The position numbers and the translations under genes were made by a program. A DNA stretch of 18,237 nucleotides from a bacterium (GTDB lineage: Bacteria > Acidobacteriota > Blastocatellia > HR10): NCBI GenBank assembly GCA_041640655.1, contig JBEPZV010000045.1:1-18237 (forward strand), given 5' to 3'. This document shows positions 1-6,881 of this stretch, piece by piece; within the stretch, counting starts at the first letter, position 1, and every line of letters starts with the position of its first letter. The notes beneath the pieces are model-generated. The model did not search any database. It had not been told where the DNA came from and was given only the letters and a program-made list of their open reading frames with translations.

Positions 1-1
1 C

Positions 2-535
2 GCCGTTCACATCGCCCACGGCCAGTGCCCATCCGAAACGAGCCTGGGGATTCAAGCTCGGGAGCGGAAGTTCCACATCGGCTTGGGCATCCAGAGAAGG
101 GCCGCCGAAGAAGACGTAGACGGCGCCTGTTCCTTGCTGCGCTCCCCCATGGGCGAAAAGCGCCGAGATGAGGATGTCCGCATGACCATCCCGATTCACG
201 TCGGCGAGCGCGATCGCCCACCCGAAGCGCGCTTCCCTCTCGGGCACCGGCGCTTGAAGGACCATATCCGCCGCAGTGTCCAAGGGCGACCCGCCAAAGA
301 AGACGAAGGCTCGCCCGGCATTCGTCTGGCCGCTGACATCGGCCAGGACGGCGCCCACGATGAGATCCGGCACGCTATCTCCGTTCACATCTCCACTGGC
401 CAGACCAAATCCGAAACTGCCGTCAGGACTGGGCGGCTGAACGATGACGGGCGGCGAGAACCCAGCGAGCGCCGATCCAGATGGACTCGCCATGAGGATC
501 GCGAAGACGATGGCCCACCACTGCATACGGCCCAT
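2..535 (-). CDS. Secreted FG-GAP (integrin-alpha-like beta-propeller) repeat protein, runs off the window start; absent from the ORF track
   Basis: Manual translation from ATG 535 (RBS GGGAGGGG upstream): signal peptide MGRMQWWAIVFAILMASPSGSALA, then repeats FGFGLASGDVNGDSVPDLIVGA..GRAFVFFG, FGWAIALADVNRDGHADILISA..GAVYVFFG, FGWALAVGDVNG; no stop before the edge. Confidence 0.93.
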   Translation of the reverse strand, partial: MGRMQWWAIVFAILMASPSGSALAGFSPPVIVQPPSPDGSFGFGLASGDVNGDSVPDLIVGAVLADVSGQTNAGRAFVFFGGSPLDTAADMVLQAPVPEREARFGWAIALADVNRDGHADILISALFAHGGAQQGTGAVYVFFGGPSLDAQADVELPLPSLNPQARFGWALAVGDVNG

Positions 536-632
536 ATTCCCCTCCCTGTCGAGTCAGGAAACGCTTTTCGCTATTCCTCCCGCGCTCGGGAGCGCTTCCT
601 TCAAAGGAGCAAGTCTTTTTTCCCTGCCGATC

Positions 633-809
633 TCACAGGAACGTTTGAAAATTCGGCGGGAGCAATCCGGCGAACGGTCCGATGCAGAGGAGGACCAGCG
701 GAGGGAAGATGAAAAAGAGCAGAAGACAAATGCTCGGAAGCAGCGCGGAGCCGAACGCGAGCACGAATGGAGCGAGCATCATGAGCATCGCGACGAGCTT
801 CTTCATCAT
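633..809 (-). CDS. 58-aa hydrophobic small protein with signal-peptide-like N-terminus; absent from the ORF track
   Basis: MMKKLVAMLMMLAPFVLAFGSALLPSICLLLFFIFPPLVLLCIGPFAGLLPPNFQTFL*; strong RBS GGAGGT just upstream, near-consensus promoter at 840-868, TGA at 633-635. Confidence 0.75.
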   Translation of the reverse strand: MMKKLVAMLMMLAPFVLAFGSALLPSICLLLFFIFPPLVLLCIGPFAGLLPPNFQTFL

Positions 810-839
810 CGCACCTCCCTCGAAATCATCATCGGCTCC

Positions 840-868
840 ATCATACCGATCGTCCCGAGCGCGGTCAA
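840..868 (-). promoter_or_regulatory. Sigma70-type promoter for the small peptide and FG-GAP genes
   Basis: Minus strand TTGACC (868-863), 17-nt spacer, TATGAT (845-840). Confidence 0.7.
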
Positions 869-887
869 GAGGGAATCTGGCCTCGGC

Positions 888-916
888 TTGACGGGGGAGA
901 CGCCCGCTGGTACGCT
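888..916 (+). promoter_or_regulatory. Sigma70-type promoter for the uORF-TonB receptor unit
   Basis: TTGACG (888-893), 17-nt spacer, TACGCT (911-916) with extended TG at 908-909. Confidence 0.6.
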
Positions 917-926
917 ACCTTCTCCT

Positions 927-1310
927 ATGGCGAGGCGAGAGGCGCGCGCGCACATGAGGAGCTCTCGGCTCATCCCCGTGCTCCTTCTGCTCCTCGCGTG
1001 CGATCTCATGGCGCATGCCGTAGCCCCTGTGGGTGAACATGCGAGCCCCTCGGAGACGACGGCGCTTCACCGACGGCTCCCCTTGGATGCGCATTCGCCT
1101 TCGGGAGCGACGCATTACGGCCCTTGCGCCTGTCAGCATGGACACTACCCGTTCCTCTCGGCGATTGGGGAAGCGATCCTACCGCCCCCCTCTCTCGCCC
1201 CCACGGAATGGGCCCTTCTGCTGCGCAACGCTCGCCTGTTGCGGACGGAGCGCGTTATCCGTTCCCCTCCGCGGCGCGAGCCCCACGCTCGGCGCGACGT
1301 CGCAGGGTGA
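927..1310 (+). CDS. DUF2946/CruR/CutF-like metal-binding upstream ORF (alternative start 954)
   Basis: 3' part of the 444..1310 ORF: hydrophobic segment LIPVLLLLLACDLMAHA, scattered His, GPCACQHGH, Pro-rich stretch, RSPP near the C-terminus; lies between a promoter and a TonB-dependent receptor. Confidence 0.65.
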   Translation: MARREARAHMRSSRLIPVLLLLLACDLMAHAVAPVGEHASPSETTALHRRLPLDAHSPSGATHYGPCACQHGHYPFLSAIGEAILPPPSLAPTEWALLLRNARLLRTERVIRSPPRREPHARRDVAG

Positions 1311-1446
1311 GGCTTCCCGCGTGAGATCGCGCGGACGGATCTTCGCCCGATGCTGTCCCTTCCTCTGATGTCCCGCTCGATCTATGGGATCATGAGCGGT
1401 GCTCACGAAAAGACCGAATCTCTCTGCGGAAAGGAGGGGAATGAGG

Positions 1447-3738
1447 ATGCAACGCGCATATTCTCAGCTCGTTCTCTCTCTGAGACTCCGCTCAATATGG
1501 ATGCACGTGGGGCGCGCGAGCCTGCTGTGCATCGTGGGGCTATTGTGCGTGGGCTCGGCATCCGTCCGAGCGGCACAACCATCTGGAGCGCTGCGGGGAA
1601 GAGTCCTGCTCAAACCGGCCGACACGCCGGTGCACGGCGTGACGGTGACCCTGGTGCCGGGAAACCGCTCGTCTGTGACCGATGAGACCGGCATGTATGA
1701 ATTCCCCGAGGTCCCTCCGGGCCGATACACGGTCATCGCTCACTTGGAGCGATTGCCCGACGTCATCAAGACTGTGGAGATCCCATCGGGCGCCATCGTG
1801 ACGCTCGATATCGAGTTCACGCTCTCGCCCATTCGAGAGCAGGTCACCGTGACGGCGAGCGGACGCGAGGAGACACTCGCGGAGGCCTTCCAAGCCGTGA
1901 CCGCACTCGACGCCACGGACTTGCTCGGCAAGAATACGACCTCGCTCGGTGACGCTCTGGAATATCAGCCGGGGATCGCCAAACGCAGCTTCGGCCCCGG
2001 CTCCGCGCGTCCCGTCATTCGAGGGTTCGACGGAGATCGCGTGCTCGTGCTTCAGGATGGCATCCGCACGGGAACGCTCTCCTCGCAATCGGGCGAACAC
2101 GGAGAATCCCTGGATGTCCTGGAAGCAGACACGCTGGAAGTCGTCAAAGGTCCCGCCACACTGCTTTACGGCAGCAATGCGCTCGGTGGCGTCATCAACG
2201 TCATCACGCGCCATCACCAGGTGCACCAGCATCCGCATCAGGGCCTGCGCGGCTACGTGACGGTCGTGGGCGGCTCGACGAACGACCAGGGGCAGGGAAG
2301 CCTCGGGCTCGAATACGGCGTGGGCCACTGGCTCCTCTGGGGCACCGGCGGCGGACAGCGCACGCGCGATTATCGCACGCCGCTTGGCCGCGTCCCGAAC
2401 TCCGCGACGCGAGGGGGGAATGGGACCGGCGGCTTCGGCCGCTACGGCGAGCGCGGGTTCTTCAGCCTGAGCTACAGCTACGATGTGCGCCGGTACGGCG
2501 TCCCCTTCGCCGGAAGCCTCCATGCGGAACATGACTCCGAGCATGAACCGCACGGGGACGACGCGCACGAAGCCGAGCCGCTCGTGGATCTGAAGCTCCA
2601 GCGCCACAATGTGCGCGCGAGTGGCGGCGCGCGCAATCTCGGCCTCTTCGTGGATCGCCTGAACGCCTCTTTTGACTACACCGATTACCGACACCGGGAG
2701 CTGGAGGACGGCGCGCCGAAGACGCTCTTTGAGAACCGCCAGCTCGTCTCGCGCCTGGTCTTCGACCAACGCCCGTGGCGCGGCCTCTCCGGGAGCTTCG
2801 GCCTCTGGTTCCTGCATCGGAACTATGACGTCAGCGGCGAGGAGGCGCTGGCGCCGCCGGTCACGCATCGCGCCTTTGCGCTCTTTGCCCTCCAGCAGTG
2901 GGACGCGCGCCGTTTCGTTCTCCAATTCGGCGGACGCCTGGAGCACAACGGCTATGATCCGGTCGGACGGCCGAGTCGCTCTTTCACCGGCTTCTCAGGA
3001 GCCGCGGGCGTTCGATTCCCCCTGTGGGAAGGGGGGACGCTCGTCCTCAACTACACGCATTCGTTCCGCGCGCCTGCGCTCGAAGAGCTGTATAACTACG
3101 GGCCGCACATCGGGAACCTCGCCTTCGAGATCGGCAATCCGACGCTCACGCGGGAGCGCGGCGATGGCCTGGACATCTCGCTGCGCCATCGAAGCGATCG
3201 CTGGCGCGCGGAAGCGAACGCCTACTACTATCGCCTCGCCGACTTCGTCTTCCCCGCTCCCACGGGGGAGATTCGCGAGGGCCTGCGCGAGGTCCTGTTC
3301 CGACAGGCGGACAGCCGCTTTGTGGGGACGGAGCTGGGGCTCGATCTGGCGCTGCACCGGCAGGTGTGGCTCAACCTCGGCTTGGATGCCGTGGATGCGG
3401 AACTGCGTCCATCGGGAACCCCATTGCCCCGCATCCCGCCGGTGCGCGGACGCGCGGGCCTGGACATTCAGGTCAAAGGGTTCACGTTCGCCCCGGAGGT
3501 CATCATGGCCCGCGCTCAAAATGATCTCTTCCCCACCGAGACGCGAACGCCTGGATACGCCGTCTTCAACGCGCGTGCGACCTATACCCTCGCGCACGCC
3601 CATGTGCTGCATATCTTCTCCATCACCGGCTTCAATCTTGGCGATCGGCTCTACCGGAACCACCTCTCCTTTATCAAAGACCTGGCTCCGGAGATCGGAC
3701 GCGGTGTGCGGTTCACCTACACGCTGCGGTTCTTTTGA
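1447..3738 (+). CDS. TonB-dependent outer-membrane receptor, ZnuD-like, with N-terminal carboxypeptidase-regulatory-like domain (start could be 1441 or 1501)
   Basis: RBS AGGAGG 1432-1437; TonB-box-like EQVTVTA; plug motifs GPGSARPVIRGFDGDRV and EVVKGPATLLYGSNALGGVINVIT; His/acidic loop HAEHDSEHEPHGDDAHE; C-terminus NLGDRLYRNHLSFIKDLAPEIGRGVRFTYTLRFF. Confidence 0.95.
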   Translation: MQRAYSQLVLSLRLRSIWMHVGRASLLCIVGLLCVGSASVRAAQPSGALRGRVLLKPADTPVHGVTVTLVPGNRSSVTDETGMYEFPEVPPGRYTVIAHLERLPDVIKTVEIPSGAIVTLDIEFTLSPIREQVTVTASGREETLAEAFQAVTALDATDLLGKNTTSLGDALEYQPGIAKRSFGPGSARPVIRGFDGDRVLVLQDGIRTGTLSSQSGEHGESLDVLEADTLEVVKGPATLLYGSNALGGVINVITRHHQVHQHPHQGLRGYVTVVGGSTNDQGQGSLGLEYGVGHWLLWGTGGGQRTRDYRTPLGRVPNSATRGGNGTGGFGRYGERGFFSLSYSYDVRRYGVPFAGSLHAEHDSEHEPHGDDAHEAEPLVDLKLQRHNVRASGGARNLGLFVDRLNASFDYTDYRHRELEDGAPKTLFENRQLVSRLVFDQRPWRGLSGSFGLWFLHRNYDVSGEEALAPPVTHRAFALFALQQWDARRFVLQFGGRLEHNGYDPVGRPSRSFTGFSGAAGVRFPLWEGGTLVLNYTHSFRAPALEELYNYGPHIGNLAFEIGNPTLTRERGDGLDISLRHRSDRWRAEANAYYYRLADFVFPAPTGEIREGLREVLFRQADSRFVGTELGLDLALHRQVWLNLGLDAVDAELRPSGTPLPRIPPVRGRAGLDIQVKGFTFAPEVIMARAQNDLFPTETRTPGYAVFNARATYTLAHAHVLHIFSITGFNLGDRLYRNHLSFIKDLAPEIGRGVRFTYTLRFF

Positions 3739-3753
3739 ATCTTGAAAATGGGA

Positions 3754-3785
3754 TGGGCCGGACCTCGCTCGCGGGGTTCGGCCCA
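3754..3785 (+). terminator. GC-rich stem-loop after the TonB receptor
   Basis: TGGGCCGGACCTCG / CGGGGTTCGGCCCA inverted repeat with G-U pairs; no clear U-tract. Confidence 0.4.
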
Positions 3786-3836
3786 CATCGGACTGAGCCC
3801 TTCGCCTACAGCGCTTGGGGCAACCTCTGGGGTGGG

Positions 3837-4136
3837 ATGCCCAGCCGGTGGTGGCGACAGGCCGAACGCGATCTGCAACACACCCGACACGCGCTTGAAA
3901 CGAGGATGACGCCGGCTTCGCCACTCCTCATGCCGCCGAGAAGGCGGTGAAAGCCGTATCCTCCAAGCTGGGGGCTGAAGCGCGCGGTCGCTCTTCTCCT
4001 GGCCGGACCTCCGACGTATCCGGCGAACGCGCTCTCGACACCCGCCAGGATCGCCCGCTTGCTCGAGGAACGGAATCCGTTCCTTCAACGCGCCCTTTCG
4101 GAGGGAAAGGAGATCTCCGGCTCTGAAGGAGAATAA
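3837..4136 (+). pseudogene. Degenerate HEPN-MNT toxin-antitoxin remnant
   Basis: MPSRWWRQAERDLQHTRHALE (HEPN N-terminus); in another frame AAEKAVKAVSSKLGAEARG from 3932 (HEPN core); then TPARIARLLEERNPFLQRALSEGKEI (MNT nucleotidyltransferase C-terminus-like). Frameshifts, internal stop and large deletion. Confidence 0.65.
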
Positions 4137-4159
4137 GCCGGTCGCTCCGGCCCGACGCC

Positions 4160-4669
4160 TCACAGCAACAGATATTTCCGCCACGCCTCCTGCTGACGCC
4201 CCAGGTGAGCGAGGATCTGATGGCTCACGCGCCAGGAGAGCGCGCGCGGATGCTTGAGCAACGTCATCCCGGCTTCCTCAGGCGTGCGATTCCCCTTTCG
4301 GACATTGCACCGACGGCAGCAGGCGACCACATTGTCCCAGGACGTCCGTCCCCCCTTCGAACGCGGGATGACGTGATCCACCGTCAACTCGGATGAGGGA
4401 AACCGCCGTCCACAGTACTGACACGTGTAGCCGTCGCGCAGCAGGACGTTCTTTCGCGACAGCTCCTTCCGCTCAAACGGAACGTGCACGTACTCGAGCA
4501 GGCGAATCACCGAGGGGATGGGAATCGCCACATGCGCCGAGCGCACGATTCGCGACGTCACCTCCTCCGGCCGCGCCGTGCCCTTCAAGATGAGCACGAT
4601 CGCCCGCCGAGCCGTCGTGACGTTGATCGGCTCGTAGGTCGAGTTGAGCACCAGGACCGGAGCTTTCAT
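4160..4669 (-). CDS. Stand-alone HNH endonuclease, McrA-like (alternative starts 4681, 4687)
   Basis: [14 protein letters not shown]-terminus; [48 protein letters not shown] motifs. Confidence 0.93.
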   Translation of the reverse strand: MKAPVLVLNSTYEPINVTTARRAIVLILKGTARPEEVTSRIVRSAHVAIPIPSVIRLLEYVHVPFERKELSRKNVLLRDGYTCQYCGRRFPSSELTVDHVIPRSKGGRTSWDNVVACCRRCNVRKGNRTPEEAGMTLLKHPRALSWRVSHQILAHLGRQQEAWRKYLLL

Positions 4670-4699
4670 GCGATCGCCCATCCGCATAACAGAAGCAGA

Positions 4700-4727
4700 A
4701 TTATACCAGAGTCGTCCCTTCAGGCAA
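4700..4727 (-). promoter_or_regulatory. Extended -10 sigma70 promoter of the HNH gene
   Basis: Minus strand TTGCCT (4727-4722), 16-nt spacer, TATAAT (4705-4700) preceded by TGG. Confidence 0.65.
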
Positions 4728-4855
4728 GGGCATGATCGGCGAGGCGATCCGCGGCGCAACGGCCGCTTCGTGCTCCCGCTTCATTTCCCGGACATACCTT
4801 TGAGCTCACGAAGCCATCAAAGCGAGCGAACACATACGACACGGGAGGACGGCGG

Positions 4856-6574
4856 ATGAGGAATGCGGCGCGGAGGATGCGAACGTGCGCGCTGTGGCTC
4901 GCGCTCGGGAGCGCGCTCGTGTCATGGACATCGAGCGCCTCGGGAATCCCTGCTCGACGAGCGGCCCATGCGGTAGATGTTGTCAGTCGCCGATACGTGA
5001 TCCTCGGATACGACGAACCGAATACACCGCCCAACGTTCCGGTCTCGGACGCACTGCGCGCAGCGCTCACCGATCCAGAGGTCATCCGCGATGGGCAGGT
5101 GAATCTGAACCAGATCGCCTACGTGCGCTTCTTCGACGGGAATCGCATGCGCCCACCGGAAGCGATCCTCATCCTCGTACCGGGCCCATTGACCGGAGCC
5201 AACGCCTTTCGATTCCTGGCGACCGAAGTCGTGCGTCTCTCCGAAGGCGCCGTGGAGGTCTGGGCGCTCGACCAGCGCGCCAATCTGCTCGAAGACGTGC
5301 TGCCGCTCTGGCGCGCGGAGCGCATCGGCACGGTCGAAGCCGCCCGTGAAGCGCTCGCGCATATCACCGAGCATCCCGATGGACCCGGAGGCCACATCGC
5401 CAACCACTGGGAAGAAGTCAGCCGCTTCATGAGCGAGTGGGGGCTGGACGTGCACGTCCGCGATCTCCGCGCCGTCGTCGAGCATGCCCGAAGGATCGAA
5501 AATGCGCGCCTCTTTCTGGGGGGGCATTCGCTCGGCGCGATCCTCGCCCAAGCCTTCGCCGCGTACGATTTCGATGGCGTACCGGGCTACAGTCTCCTCC
5601 ACGGCCTGATCCTGCTCGATGGCACGGGCATTCCGGGCATGGCGCCGATGATCACGGACGATCAGTATCTGGCCGGTGTGCAGGCCCTGCGCTCGCCCTC
5701 GCGGCCGGAAGACGCGCCCTTCGCGATCCGTCCCTTTGGACCGTATCACTTTCAGCTCTTGCAGATCGCTGCGCTTCTGGCGTTGGTAGACCCCGAAGGA
5801 CTCTCTCCCCTCGCGGCGTATGCTCCGGATTTGGTGCCCGTGCCCATGACCAACGCCGCGGCTTTCGGGGTGAATCTCGATGACGAGTTTCAACCTCAAC
5901 CGCTGGCCCGCTTCTCGATCGGCTTCCTCCACATTCCACCCGATCGCCCCCTGGCGTCCATCGCGACGCGCAGCCGCGATCCATCTCAGGTGAACCCCAA
6001 CGGCCTTTACGCCCCTAAGGACTTGGGAGAGACGCGACAGCGTTGGGCTATGTGCGCCGACCTTCGCGCTCTGGATCCAACCTTCGCGCATGGGCCTGAG
6101 CCGTCGGACTTCTCCCGAGTCGCTCGCCTCATGCTGACGGGAAGCGGGCCCGGTTCCTCGAACCTGGCGCGCGAGCTTCTGCCGGACGCGCCGGAGGCGA
6201 ATCTTCTCGAATGGTACTTCCCGCAACGGCTGCTGCTCGATCTCTTGCGCTTCTCGGACCTCGATGCGACACGCCTCTCCCCCTCCATCCTCTCTGCGCT
6301 CACGGCGCGCGGCGGCCGTGTCCCGGCCCTCACGGAGAATCGGCGGATGAACCTGCCGGTGCTCGCCCTCCAAGCTCGACAAGGCCTCTTCCCCCCTCTG
6401 GCCGGCTCTCTCCCCTTCACCCGGTACAAGAACAGCACGCGCACGCCCCAATTTCTCTATGCCCTCATGCCGAACTCCGCCCACGGCGACCTCCTGACCG
6501 GAACCGATCGCGACGCGCGCGGCCGAACCCCGGCCGAGCTCATCGTGACGTTTGTGAACAGCTCCCGGAGATGA
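4856..6574 (+). CDS. Secreted alpha/beta-hydrolase fold protein
   Basis: RBS GGAGG; signal-like N-terminus; ILILVPG, VEVWALDQRANLLED, nucleophile elbow GGHSLGA, GLILLDG, putative catalytic His in SAHGDLL. Confidence 0.85.
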   Translation: MRNAARRMRTCALWLALGSALVSWTSSASGIPARRAAHAVDVVSRRYVILGYDEPNTPPNVPVSDALRAALTDPEVIRDGQVNLNQIAYVRFFDGNRMRPPEAILILVPGPLTGANAFRFLATEVVRLSEGAVEVWALDQRANLLEDVLPLWRAERIGTVEAAREALAHITEHPDGPGGHIANHWEEVSRFMSEWGLDVHVRDLRAVVEHARRIENARLFLGGHSLGAILAQAFAAYDFDGVPGYSLLHGLILLDGTGIPGMAPMITDDQYLAGVQALRSPSRPEDAPFAIRPFGPYHFQLLQIAALLALVDPEGLSPLAAYAPDLVPVPMTNAAAFGVNLDDEFQPQPLARFSIGFLHIPPDRPLASIATRSRDPSQVNPNGLYAPKDLGETRQRWAMCADLRALDPTFAHGPEPSDFSRVARLMLTGSGPGSSNLARELLPDAPEANLLEWYFPQRLLLDLLRFSDLDATRLSPSILSALTARGGRVPALTENRRMNLPVLALQARQGLFPPLAGSLPFTRYKNSTRTPQFLYALMPNSAHGDLLTGTDRDARGRTPAELIVTFVNSSRR

Positions 6575-6609
6575 TTCGAAGCTCACCAACACGCTCGCCG
6601 GTCGAATGC

Positions 6610-6630
6610 GCTGAGATCGAAAGGCTCAGC
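6610..6630 (+). terminator. Hairpin after the hydrolase gene, possible terminator
   Basis: GCTGAG(A)TC-GAAA-GGCTCAGC stem with GNRA loop followed by TTGACTT. Confidence 0.35.
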
Positions 6631-6658
6631 TTGACTTCACGCGATAGGTCAGTAGAAT
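6631..6658 (+). promoter_or_regulatory. Sigma70-type promoter upstream of the 6882 gene
   Basis: TTGACT (6631-6636), 16-nt spacer, TAGAAT (6653-6658). Confidence 0.55.
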
Positions 6659-6881
6659 CTACGCCGTGGTCATCAAGGTGGGTGCGAGCAATCCCCACTT
6701 ATGCTGACCCCCGCAGATTTCCCGGATCATACGGGAGACGCTGCGAACACATCAGAAAGGATAACGACGTCGCTGAGGCTCGGATCACAAATTCGGAGGA
6801 CCGGGACATCAGCCAGGACTCCTTCGTCTCCCTTGAGACGCCGGGACCTCGGTCGCTCGATCCTGAGGAAGGAGAACCCCG

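Noticed and set aside
83..926. Plus-strand ORF 83..712 and the 5' part of 444..1310
   Set aside because: Antisense shadows of the FG-GAP and 58-aa genes; only the portion from 927/954 looks like a real protein.
4160..4669. HNH as part of an intron, IscB/Cas9 or restriction system
   Set aside because: No RuvC motifs, repeats, methylase or interrupted host gene; matches the common stand-alone family.
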